Source: Macrostomum lignano (lineage: Eukaryota). Taken from it: a DNA stretch of 64,000 bases. Of this stretch, positions 12,775 through 25,520 are shown in pieces (the first letter of the stretch is position 1; every line of letters starts with the position of its first letter). Location of the stretch: the NCBI GenBank assembly GCA_002269645.1, contig NIVC01000010.1, forward strand, positions 310,001-374,000, written 5' to 3'. A program made the position numbers and the translations under genes. A model generated the notes under the pieces. That model worked only from the letters and a program-made list of their open reading frames with translations. It did not search any database and was not told where the DNA came from.

Positions 12775-13720
12775 CTCCAACTCTCTGAATCCCTGTCCAT
12801 GGACTCTCAATCCCTGTCAATGGACTTTCCGAATCTCAATCTATGGACTTTCTGAATCTCAATCTATGGACTCTCTGAATCTCAATCTATGGACTCTCTG
12901 AATCTCTGTCCATGGTCTCTCTAAGTCCCTGTCCATGGACTCTCTGAATCCCTGTCCATGGACTCTCTGAATCCCTGTCCATGGTCTCTCAATCCCTGTC
13001 AATGGACTTTCCGAATCTCAATCTATGGACTCTCTGAATCTCAATCTATGGACTCTCTGAATCTCTGTCCATGGTCTCTCTAAGTCCCTGTCCATGGACT
13101 CTCTGAATCCCTGTCCATGGACTCTCTGAATCCCTGTCCATGGTCTCTCAATCCCTGTCAATGGACTTTCCGAATCTCAATCTATGGACTCTCTGAATCT
13201 CAATCTATGGACTCTCTGAATCTCTGTCCATGGTCTCTCTAAGTCCCTGTCTATGGACTCTCTGAATCTCTGTCCATGGACTCTCTGAATCCCTGTCCAT
13301 GGACTCTCTGAATCCCTGTCCATGGTCTCTCTGAATCCCTGTCCATGGTCTCTCTGAATCCCTGTCCATGGACTCTCTGAATCCCTGTCCATGGTCTCTC
13401 AATCCCTGTCAATGGACTTTCCGAATCTCAATCTATGGACTCTCTGAATCTCAATCTATGGACTCTCTGAATCTCAATCTATGGACTCTCTGAATCTCTG
13501 TCCATGGTCTCTCTAAGTCCCTGTCCATGGACTGTCTGAATCTCTGTCCATGGACTCTCTGAATCCCTGTCCATGGACTCTCTGAATCCCTGTCCATGGA
13601 CTCTCTGAATCCCTGTTCATGGACTCTCTGAATCCCTGTTCATGGACTCTCTGAATCCCTGTTCATGGACTCTGGATCTCAAATCCATGAACTCTCTGAA
13701 TCTCAACCCATGGACTCTAA
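12775..13720. repeat. 21-23-bp minisatellite (GGACTCTCTGAATCCCTGTCCAT)n
   Basis: Tandem units read directly, with higher-order blocks. Confidence 0.9.
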
Positions 13721-14314
13721 ATTTCAATTGAGGGAGTTCATGGACTGAGGTTTTTATGTCACGGACTCTAAATGCCCATAGACTCCCTAAATTCATTTCG
13801 AATGTCCCTGTTTATAACTTGCAATGTTAGGCACCAGCCATTTTGATTGTTACAAAATAATAAACGTATTTCTGATGACAATTGAACGGTGCACAAAATG
13901 GGCTAAAATTTACGACGCAAAAGCACTGTATGTAGCAGTTTACCTTTTTTAAAGTACTATTTTATAAACAGATTTACAGTCTTCTAGACCCTCGAGCCCC
14001 TTCACATGCTGCCCCTGGGCAGTGCACAACAAACCCAATAGGAAAAAAAACCAGTCTTAGGGTGGGATTTCGCGCGCGCGGTCGGTGATAAACATTGCGT
14101 TGCAACTTTTTCAACAGAATCTGTCCTTTAGCAAGGCGTGGCTGGGATACAAAAAATTAGTCGAGAATGGATATGTTACAGACAACCTCCGTTCGAGCTG
14201 TCAAGGCTGAATCACTGCAACCAGCGCTTGCTTTGCGTGTGACTACAAGTGCAGTGGAATCTGTCACCAGTGAGGCCCTGCCTGGGCTTGAAAGGCGTTT
14301 TAAACGCATCTGCC

Positions 14315-14735
14315 CTCCCTCCTATCCATTATGTCTGTCTGACTCTCCCACTGACTCTCTGACTCTTCCACTGTCTTTCTGACCCTCCCTCTGTCTGTCT
14401 GACTCTCCCTCTGTCTGTCTGACTCTCCCTCTGTCTGTCTGACTCTCCCTCTGTCTGTCTGACTCTCCCACTGACTCTCTGACTCTCCCACTGACTGTCT
14501 GACTCTTGACTCTCTGACTTCCACTGTCCTTCTGACCCTCCCTTTGTCTGTCTGACTCTCCCACTGACTGTCTGACTCTTGACTCTCTGACTTCCACTGT
14601 CCTTCTAACCCTCCCTTTGTCTGTCTGACTCTCCCACTGACTGTCTGACTCTCGCACTGACTGTCTGACTCTCGCACTCACTGTCTGACTCTCCCATTGA
14701 CTGTCTGACTCTCCCACTGTCTGTCTGACTCTCAA
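14315..14735. repeat. Degenerate pyrimidine-rich repeat (CTGTCTGTCTGACTCTCCC)n
   Basis: Tandem degenerate units. Confidence 0.85.
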
Positions 14736-15167
14736 TAACTCTCAATAAAATGTATCATGCAAGATTTATTTAATAGTTACAGTCGCGGTTTGTGTCTGTC
14801 CCACTGCTGCTAACGATCTCTTGATTATTATGAATTTTTCATATTTAGCTAAGAGTATGCTCATAAACGAATCCATTTTAAATTCATGGCAATCCAAGCA
14901 CAACGGTCCTGGAGATATCTGGAAATTCCAATCTTCAAAATTCTCCAAGGATTTGCTGGCTTGTTTCAATCATGGGGCCTCCTTGCTTCCTCGCGAGGCC
15001 GCTAGACGGATGACAGAGCGATAATGAGGGGGGGGGGTGGGCTTCCGCGGGCTTTTCTGCACGAATGAAGCCGCGTCATGCAGACTTAAAATGAATACGC
15101 TTGGAGCCCGGCACACATACATTATAGTGCATACTGGCTGCGCCCCTGGGAGCCGCAGAATAGCGGA

Positions 15168-15705
15168 TAAGGGAGCGGAGAGAGGGGAGCGGAAAGAGGG
15201 GAGCGGAGAGAGGGGAGCGGAAAGAGGGGAGCGGAGAGAGGGGAGCGGAAAGAGGGGAGCGGAGAGAGAGGGGAGCGGAAAGAGGGGAGCGGAGAGAGAG
15301 GGGAGCGGAGAGAGGGGAGCGGACAGAGAGGGGAGCGGACAGAGAGGGGAGCGGACAGAGAGGGGAGCGGACAGAGAGGGGAGCGGACAGAGAGGGGAGC
15401 GGACAGAGAGGGGAGCGGACAGAGAGGGGAGCGGACAGAGAGGGGAGCGGAGAGAGGGGAGCGGACAGAGAGGGGAGCGGACAGAGAGGGGAGCGGAGAG
15501 AGGGGAGCGGACAGAGAGGGGAGCGGACAGAGAGGGGAGCGGACAGAGAGGGGAGCGGACAGAGAGGGGAGCGGAGAGAGGGGAGCGGACAGAGAGGGGA
15601 GCGGACAGAGAGGGGAGCGGACAGAGAGGGGAGCGGAGAGAGGGGAGCGGAGAGAGGGGAGCGGAGAGAGGGGAGCATAGAGAGGGGAGCATGGAGAGGG
15701 GAGCG
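15168..15705. repeat. Purine-rich 16/18-bp repeat (GAGAGGGGAGCGGACA)n
   Basis: Tandem units; explains the overlapping low-complexity ORFs in the track. Confidence 0.92.
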
Positions 15706-16155
15706 GTGAGAGTAAGTAGACCCTCCTGTCACAAGTAGAACATTTTCCCAACAGCACGATCCAGACAGCAATCGTTAAGGCGTTTTTTCACGCACGAGTT
15801 GAAAAATCCTGCAGGGATGCAGGAATTGTATGACAACATGGGAAATTCTCCCTCCAAAGCTCAAGGAGATCCAGATATCAATATACGGCCTCCCAATATC
15901 AGTCATTTTCAGGATCGAAGCCAAAGTGGGCGTCAGGAGTCAGGAGCTATTAAATTATTAGAAAATTCATCTCCGTCAAAGGTTTACCGGTAAAATACTT
16001 TTTTTCTCAAAGAAACCCGATCCAGAATGTAAGTCTAAAAGTTCTCCTTGTCCCGTGAAGATAGCGTGCCGCTTCCTCCATGATTGGCTGATTCAACAGT
16101 CACGAAATTGGCTGTAAATAGAAGGCCCCGTGATTGACGCAAGCTGAAAATCCTC

Positions 16156-16258
<103 letters not shown>

Positions 16259-16374
16259 TTCCGTCACTTGAGCCTATTGTGCTCTTGACATTGAGCTTGA
16301 CATGCAAGGCATTCAGTTTGGGGGGATTAACGCAAGTAAAATGATACGCTGGGAGTTTAAAAACTGGAGTGTGG

Positions 16375-16690
16375 ACTGCGTGAGTGTCCATGAGAGTCCG
16401 TGAGTGTCCATGAGAGTGCATGAGTGTCTATGAGAGTCCGTGAGTGTCTATGAGAGTCCGTGAGTGTCTATGAGAGTCCGTGAGTGTCCATGAGAGTGCA
16501 TGAGTGTCTATGAGAGTCCGTGAGTGTCTATGAGAGTCCGTGAGTGTCTATGAGAGTCCGTGAGTGTCTATGAGAGTCCGTGAGTGTCTATGTGAGTGCA
16601 TGAGTGTCTGAGAGAGTGCATGAGTGTCTATGGTATGAATGAGTGTCTATGGTGTGAATGAGTGTCTATGGTGTGAATGAGTGTCTATGA
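16375..16690. repeat. 20-bp minisatellite (TGAGTGTCTATGAGAGTCCG)n
   Basis: Tandem units read directly. Confidence 0.9.
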
Positions 16691-17076
16691 GTAACTTTTT
16701 CAAATTTAGAATGTTGGATTTTTTGCATTCTAAGTAGCGTACTTTTAACTTTATAAAAACATTTAGTGCAACTACACATGCAGCTTGTGAGAAGTTTTTA
16801 GAATATGACTTAGATGATTTAGAATACATTATAATTATTATGATATGATAGATAGATAGATTAGAACAGATTAGAATATGATTTAGAATATGAATTTAGA
16901 AACAGATCTTCAGAATCTAAGAAAAGCTCATTTACATACGGCATAAAGTTAGTTAGTCCAGATCTGTTTAATGGACTTTTTTGGTTTTGTTATTATAACT
17001 AGCACTGCCACAAGCATAGTTAGGAAGCATCATATTAGTTAGCACAACCAAAATATCAAGCAAATTAAAAAAATTA

Positions 17077-17665
<589 letters not shown>

Positions 17666-18056
17666 AGGTTAAAAACATATACACTAGAAAAATCCAATTC
17701 CTCGAGAGCATACTAAATGCTAAGTGTAGTTGACGATGCTATATGTCGGAACCAGCATCGGAACCACATCACAGTTTCCCATATTCAACCCTGTTGAGAA
17801 ACCTTTTTATGCAATTCGAGCTAATCAGCCTCGAATCCGACTGGACTAACGTGGGAGTTTCTGTCAGCAGGATTTCCATTATTAATTATTTGGTTGCCCG
17901 CTCCCTCAGGTAGGCCAGAGTGAATTGAAAACTGAAAACTTTTCCATAGGAAAGTAACGAAGCTTATTAAAACTTATATTCGGCCTTCTTTGGATGTCTG
18001 CTGACTGATCCGACCATCTCGAGAAGGATTGAGCACTTTTCTGAATTAATGGCCAC

Positions 18057-18520
18057 TCTAGCTCCTGAATGATTGGGCACCCTCCTGAATGATTGAGCAC
18101 TCTCCTGAATGATTGGGCACTCTCCTGAATGATTGGGCACCCTCCTGAATGATTGGGCACTCTCCTGAATGATTGGGCACTCTCCTGAATGATTGGGCAC
18201 TCTCCTGAATGATTGGGAACTCTCCTGAATGATTGGGAACTCTCCTGAATGATTGGGAACTCTCCTGAATGATTGGGAACTCTCCTGAATGATTGGGCAC
18301 TCTCCTGAATGATTTGGCACCTCCTGAATGATTGGGAACTCTCCTGAATGATTGGGAACTCTCCTAACCTATTGTACACTCTCTTGAATGATTGAAGAGT
18401 ACCCAATCGGTTAGGAGAGTGCCCAAACAGATTGGGTACTCTCCTCACAGATTGAGTCTTCTCATAACTAAGTGGGCACCCTCCTAACAGATTGGGCACT
18501 CTCCTAAAGGATTAGGCACT
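18057..18520. repeat. 20-bp minisatellite (CTCCTGAATGATTGGGCACT)n
   Basis: Tandem units that degrade toward the 3' end. Confidence 0.9.
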
Positions 18521-18549
18521 CTCTTGACCGATTAGGCACTCTGTTGTAC

Positions 18550-19560
18550 TATTGGGCACTCTTCTAAACCAATTGGGCACTCTATAAACTGATCTGATCT
18601 GGCACTCTTCTAAACCAATTGGGCACTCTATAAACTGATCTGATCTGGCACTCTTCTACGAGCTAAACCAATTGGGCACTCTATAAACTGATCTGATCTG
18701 GCACTCTTCTAAACCAATTGGGCACTCTATAAACTGATCTGATCTGGCACTCTTCTACGAGCTAAACCAATTGGGCACTCTATAAACTGATCTGATCTGG
18801 CACTCTTCTAAACCAATTGGGCACTCTATAAACTGATCTGATCTGGCACTCTTCTACGAGCTAAACCAATTGGGAACTCTATAAACTGATCTGATCTGGC
18901 ACTCTTCTACGAGCTAAACCAATTGGGCACTCTATAAACTGATCTGATCTGGCACTCTTCTTAACCAATTGGGCACTCTATAAACTAATCTGATCTGGCA
19001 CTCTTCTTAACCAATTGGGCACTCTATAAACTGATCTGATCTGGCACTCTTCTTAACCAATTGGGCACTCTATAAACTGATCTGATCTGGCACTCTTCTA
19101 CGAGCTAAACCAATTGGGAACTCTATAAACTGATCTGATCTGGCACTCTTCTACGAGCTAAACCAATTGGGCACTCTATAAACTGATCTGATCTGGCACT
19201 CTTCTTAACCAATTGGGCACTCTATAAACTAATCTGATCTGGCACTCTTCTTAACCAATTGGGCACTCTATAAACTGATCTGATCTGGCACTCTTCTTAA
19301 CCAATTGGGCACTCTATAAACTGATCTGATCTGGCACTCTTCTACGAGCTAAACCAATTGGGCACTCTATAAACTGATCTGATCTGGCACTCTTCTTAAC
19401 CAATTGGGCACTCTATAAACTAATCTGATCTGGCACTCTTCTTAACCAATTGGGCACTCTATAAACTGATCTGATCTGGCACTCTTCTTAACCAATTGGG
19501 CACTCTATAAACTGATCTGATCTGGCACTCTTCTACGAGCTAAACCAATTGGGCACTCTT
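18550..19560. repeat. 46/53-bp minisatellite (GGCACTCTTCTAAACCAATTGGGCACTCTATAAACTGATCTGATCT)n
   Basis: Tandem units sharing the ATTGGGCACTCT core with the adjacent 20-bp array, which suggests common origin. Confidence 0.9.
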
Positions 19561-20249
19561 TAAGTCACATTACTTCAAAGGAGCACTCTCAAATTTGTGT
19601 CACTGACTTAAGCCTGACATTGGCACTACCATATCTTCTCGGAATTTACCAACAAAAGTATATCCTTTGTCTCATTGTCCAATTTTCAAGCTCCAAAAAT
19701 CCCCCCCCCAAAAAAATCAGATGTCCTCGTCAACAAAGCCAAGCCCAAATTCTCACTATTTCCCATGCAGGCAGGAGGTGCGGAGGTGCTTCCCAATCCT
19801 ACGCGAGCTTGAATTGTATTGCTTCTCTAGTCGCTATGACAACCGTAGGAGGTGCAGGGAAGGAAGACAGGCATAGAGAGCCAGAGACAGAACGAGTGCT
19901 TGGATGGACGGATTAATGGAACAACAGCAATCCCCTTCACCTGCCCGGATCTCGCTGCCCCAGCCCTTTCCAGTCAACATGCGATAATCTGAAAAGAGGC
20001 AATCAATTTGACTCGAGAAGGAACTGCAGACGGAGCCTAGGAGGAGGAGGAGGAGGAGGAGAGAGAGAGAGAGAGAGATCACAAACGGGGATTTTGCGTG
20101 CTCACAATGTACGTAGTTGTGTTTGACTTGCTTCTCCCAGAGGAGAAAAGGGAAAGCCAGGAAGCTTTTGGGAGCTGGAGCAACTGCAGATTAGCTCGGC
20201 ATAAAAATTTTGTAGGCCTGAAAGCCTGAGTTTTTTTAATTTGGTAGTC

Positions 20250-23200
20250 ATGACAACAATTAGGACGCTGTTTGTGTTGATTGTCTGTTTCACCATTGCG
20301 TGCTCAGCGGCTGCAGGTGCTGAAGTCAAACTGCAGTTCTACATGCTGCAGATGGAAGAGGTGAGGCTCGAGTACACCCCGTGTGAGCGTGTGTTTGAGT
20401 GCGTGCCTGCGGACAGCATTTTGGCGCGCTTGAATTGTGCTCAGGAGACTGCGGACTGGGCAGCATGGCCTCAGTGCTGGTTGTGGAACCATGTCGCCGA
20501 AGACGTTGCGGTCAGCTAGCTGGTTGTTGTGTGTGTCTTTGTCTGTGTCTGTGTCTTTGTGTGTGTGTCTTTGTATCTGTGTCTTTGTGTCTGTGTCTTT
20601 GTGTCTGTGTTTTTGTGTCTGTGTCTTTGTGTCTGTGTCTTTGTGTCTGTGTCTTTGTGTCTGTGTCTTTGTGTCTGTGTCTTTGTGTCTGTGTCTTTGT
20701 GTCTGTGTCTTTGTGTCTGTGTCTTTGTGTCTGTGTCTTTGTGTCTGTGTCTTTGTGTCTGTGTCTTTGTGTCTGTGTCTTTGTGTCTGTGTCTTTGTGT
20801 CTGTGTCTTTGTGTCTGTGTCTTTGTGTCTGTGTCTTTGTGTCTGTGTCTTTGTGTCTGTGTCTTTGTGTCTGTGTCTTTGTGTCTGTGTCTTTGTGTCT
20901 GTGTCTTTGTGTCTGTCTTTGAAGTGTGTGTGTCTATGTATTTGTCTTTGTGTCGCTGTCCCCAATCCCTTTCTGGAATCAAACCTTGGGCACGGTGGGG
21001 TACAGAGCTACTCAGCTAAGTTGATAACAACATACGAAGCCAATTTCCCCATATTCCCAAATCCCCAGTGGAACCAGCGCGGCATGTCCGGCAAGGTGAA
21101 ATCCGTGCTGGCCGACGGCTTGAAGTCGTTCTGCTCAGCCAGGCTGCCTCAATGCGGCCTGTCTGTCATCGCAGAACGGTAAGTAGTAGGGGCTTAGCAA
21201 CCAAATACTACTGAGGTGGTAGTTATGTGGATCCCCTGCATATACGGTTCCCATAGGGTCTATGGCATCCCTGAGGTCTATATGGCATCCCTGAGGTCTA
21301 TATGGCATTCCTTAGGTCTATATGGCATCCCTGAGGTCTATATGGCATCCCAGAGGTCTATATGGCATCCCTGAGGTCTATATGGCATCCCAGAGGTCTA
21401 TATGGCATCCCAGAGGTCTATATGGCATCCCTGAGGTCTATATGGCATCCCAGAGGTCTATATGGCGCCCCGACTTGAGCCTTCAATCTATAGCGTGTCT
21501 ACAACTTATTAAACTTGTTCAGTAATTTTGTAATCAATGTAAAGCATTCCAAAATCCCTCTGCTCACGTCTCCAACCCGCCATCACGTCCAGCAATTTCT
21601 CAGCCTCCGACATCCACTTCACTGCCGGCTACCCGAAAAATTTCAACTCTCGATATCTGGAACTGGCTGTTTACATTGGTTACACCCTTAGCAACGGTTC
21701 GTCTGTCAATTTCACGGCCAGCGATGTGACAAGTGAGTCGCTTTCATAGAATTCACCATCTCCATTCACCAACGCAGCTCACCACTCACCAAATGCGGCT
21801 CCCCATTCACAAACGCAACTCACTATTCTCAAACGTAGCTCCCTATTCACCAATGCACCTGTCAATTCCTCAAAGCAGCTCACGTACCATTCCCTACCGT
21901 ACCTCCTCATTCACCAACATAGCTCCCTATTCACCAATCGGGCTTCCCATTCACCAACACAGCTTCTCATTCACCAAAGCGATAGCCCATTGACCAAAGT
22001 AGCTCACCATTCACCAACGCAGCTTACCATTTACCATCACAGCTCCCCATTCACCACCCCAATTCAGCTATCGTACAGTCGGAACGCACCGCACTGTATA
22101 ATCAGATCGGCTACTACCTGGTGTACATTGACGGCACACTTCACAGCATTCCGCCGCCCGCCTTGGTCAACTGGATTGTCGTGTCAATTTTCACTGCCGT
22201 CACGGTGGCTCTGGTTGTGTCTGCTCTGGTCTTATCTCACCTGCAGTGAGTGCCCAATCTAATATTTCTAGTTTGACAGATTAAAGATAAATTGTTAAAC
22301 TTGCTAATAAATTTTGTTAAACTAATAACATTAATGGAGTTGCGTACGAAAAGACGGCTTGATAAATAAGCGAGTACTGAGCGGATTGTTAGCGTGGTAG
22401 GTTGGTAGATTGGTAGGTTGGTAGATTGGTAGGTTGGTAGATTGGTAGTTTGGTAGATTGGTAGGTTGGTAAATTGGTATGAGAGGTAGGTTGGTAGACT
22501 GGTAGGTTGGTAGATTAGTAGCCTGATAGATAAGTAAGTTGATAGATTGGTAGGTTGATAGATTGGTAGGTTGGTAGATTGGTAGGTTGGTAGATTGGTA
22601 GGTTGGTAGATTGGTAGGCTGATAGATTGGTAGGTTGGTAGATTGGTAGGCTGATAGATTGGTAGGTTGATAGATTTGTAGGTTGGTAGATTGGTAGGTA
22701 GGTAAATTGGTAGGTTGGTAGATTGGTAAGTTGATAGATTTGTAGGTTGGTAGATTGGTAGGTTGGTAGATTGGTAGGTTGGTAGGTTGGTAGGTTGGTA
22801 GATTGGTAAGTTGATAGATTGGTAAGTTGATAGATTTGGTAGGTTGGTAGATTTGTAGGTTGGTAGATTGGTAGGTAGGTAAATTGGTAGGTTGGTAGAT
22901 TGGTAAGTTGATAGATTTGTAGGTTGGTAGATTGGTAGGTTGGTAGATTGGTAGGTTGGTAGGTTGGTAGGTTGGTAGATTGGTAGGTTGGTAGATTGGT
23001 AGGTTGGTAGGTTGGTAGGTTGGTAGATTGGTAGGTTGGTAGATTGGTAGGTTGGTAGATTGGTAGGTTGGTAGATTGGTAGTTTGGTAGGTTGGTAGGT
23101 TGATAGATTTGTAGGTTGGTAGATTGGTAGGTTGGTAGATTGGTAGGTTGGTAGATTGGTAGTTTGGTAGGTTGGTAGGTTGGTAGATTGGTAGGTCAGG

Positions 23201-23488
23201 TTCACTCATGAATACGGAAATAAGTTATCAGAAAACTGATTTGAAAACGACGCCATCTCACCACCGACGTAAATCCTCCATCGTCATGACAACCAACCAC
23301 CTTCAAGCTCGTCAAATCAGTACAAAGTTCAGCGCCAGGCCAAAGAGGACGCTGCCATCCCAATGCAGCAGCAGCAGCAACAGTCCGACACAGCCGTGAC
23401 TTCCACGCCGAGCAAGGCCGCCAAGGAGCCGTTGATGTCGTCCGCTTCGTCGCAGCCGCGCAGCGCCGGCTCAGAAAACGAAGGGTGA
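20250..23488 (+). CDS. Uncharacterised single-pass type-I membrane glycoprotein, 5 exons, about 289 aa
   Basis: Exons 20250-20510, 21069-21178, 21593-21732, 22068-22245, 23308-23488; all GT-AG, phases 0/2/1/2, 870 nt open to TGA. Signal peptide [23 protein letters not shown], Cys-containing ectodomain with NFS/NGS/NFT sequons, [23 protein letters not shown], and a polyQ/Ser-rich tail. Confidence 0.8.
20530..20915. repeat. 14-bp repeat (GTGTCTGTGTCTTT)n in intron 1 of the membrane-protein gene
   Basis: Near-perfect tandem units. Confidence 0.95.
21255..21465. repeat. 20-bp repeat (TATGGCATCCCTGAGGTCTA)n in intron 2
   Basis: About 10 tandem units. Confidence 0.92.
22395..23200. repeat. 16-bp repeat (TTGGTAGGTTGGTAGA)n in intron 4
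   Basis: Degenerate tandem units. Confidence 0.93.
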
Positions 23489-23989
23489 TCTAGATTGATT
23501 CTTAGAATATTTAGATTGCTTTGTAGATGTTTTTAAATTGTTTTAATTTCCAAATTTGTTTTACCTTTTGAATAGCCGATACAAATTTCGGGTTAATGAT
23601 TTTGGAATTTTTGGAAAAGTAATTTGCACGTTGGTTTCAACTGAATTTCTGCAAAAGTTCAATTTCTAAGAAAAAGACATTAAAAGTACATACTGAACTT
23701 AATTTGTCGAACAGTAACGATTGGCAGAATTTTTGGCAGTCAAATTGACGTCTGAGAATTTGCTAATAGAATAAGCTGTAGGCTATCCTATGGCTTCTCT
23801 TCAGACTAACTGGTGATTATTTTCCTATTGCCAAATTCACGTCAAATCCTAATCCCAAATCCCCGATCAGGCTCAGTAGCTAAGAAAAGAACAATGCACT
23901 CTTGGAATATTTCATTTTCTGTATTATTCGCGTGCTAATCTGTCACACACTTATTTCTTGTTTGAACTTCTAGCGGCACACCAATCCAC

Positions 23990-24450
23990 TGCAACAACCC
24001 ATCCACTCCTCTCTGCAACACCCCATCCACTCCTCTCTGCAACACCCCATCCACTCCTCTCTGCAACACCCACTCGCTCCTCTGCAACACCCCATCCACT
24101 CCTCTCTGCAACACCCCACCCCACCTCTGCAACACCCCATCCACTCCTCTCTGCAACACCCACTCGCTCCTCTGCAACACCCCATCCACTCCTCTCTGCA
24201 ACACCCACTCGCTCCTCTGCAACACCCCATCCACTCCTCTCTGCAACACCCACTCGCTCCTCTGCAACACCCCATCCACTCCTCTCTGCAACACCCACTC
24301 GCTCCTCTGCAACACCCCATCCACTCCTCTCTGCAACACCCACTCGCTCCTCTGCAACACCCCATCCACTCCTCTCTGCAACACCCACTCGCTCCTCTGC
24401 AACACCCCATCCACTTCTCTGCAACATCCTACCAACTCCTCTGCAACACC
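23990..24450. repeat. 45-bp higher-order repeat (24+21 bp, CTCTGCAACACC core)
   Basis: Alternating sub-units read directly. Confidence 0.9.
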
Positions 24451-24739
24451 CCACCCACTCCTCTTCATTGGTAGATTCTCCCAGTCTCAGAGCACTGCTG
24501 AGCTGCATCAGCAGCGTCAGGAGGCTCAGGAGGACGGAACTGGTTGCTATGACAACGGCGGTGACGACTCGAGCGAGCAGCGGCCGCCGGTTGGCTCTGC
24601 CGATAATGGCAAGCAGTCAGATTCTGCTGTCAAAGTGGAATGCTAAGATAAGAGATCGGATGTGGAAGGTGATTGAATACTGGGCGAGAGTGACACAGTG
24701 AGTGCTAGAATTACAGAAAGTGACGAGATCTCTAGGCCA

Positions 24740-25520
24740 AAGTGACAAAGACTGACAGAGTTCCAGAGTGACAGAGTGACAGAATGACAGAGTGACAGAG
24801 TGACAGAGTGACAGAGTGACAGAGTGACAGTGCCAGAGAGTGACAGAGTACCAAAGTGACAGAGAGTGACAGAGTAACAGAGTGACAGAGTGCCAAAGAG
24901 TGACAGAGTACCAAAGTGACAGAGAGTCACAGAGTAACAGAGTGACAGAGTGCCAGAGAGTGACAGAGTACCAAAGTGACAGAGAGTGACAGAGTGACAG
25001 AGAGTGACAGAGTGACAGAGAGTGACAGAGTGACAGAGAGTGACAGAGAGTGACAGAGTACCAAAGTGACAGAGAGTGACAGAGTGACAGAGTGCCAGAG
25101 AGTGACAGAGTGACAGAGTGCCAGAGAGTGACAGAGTGACAGAGTGCCAGAGAGTGACAGAGTGACAGAGTACCAAAGTGACAGAGAGTGACAGAGTGAC
25201 AGAGTGCCAGAGAGTGACGGAGTGCCAGAGTGTCAGAGTGACGGAGTGCCAGAGTGACAGAGTGACAGAGTGTCAGAGAGTGACGGAGTGCTAGAGTTCC
25301 AGAGTGACGGTGTGCCAGAGTGACAGAGTGACAGAGTGACAGAATGACGGAGTTCTAGAGTTCCAGAGTGACAGAGTGCCAGAGAGTGACAGAGTACCAA
25401 AGTGACAGAGAGTGACAGAGAGTGACAGAATGACAGAGTGACAGAGTGCCAGAGAGTGACAGAGTACCAAAGTGACAGAGAGTGACATAGTGACAGTGTG
25501 CCTGAGTGCCTGAGTGCCTC
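24740..25520. repeat. Degenerate (GTGACAGA)n repeat
   Basis: Octamer-based tandem repeat with GTACCAAA/GTGCCAGA variants. Confidence 0.88.

Noticed and set aside
14110-14300. Cys-containing reading frame (KAWLGYKKLVENGYV...CFACDYKCSGICHQ) suggestive of a zinc-finger or TE remnant
   Set aside because: Interrupted by several stops, and I recognise no motif with confidence.
14970-15771. Overlapping Pro/Leu/Ser- and Gly/Glu/Arg-rich ORFs
   Set aside because: They derive from a purine-rich minisatellite open in several frames; no splice or domain support.
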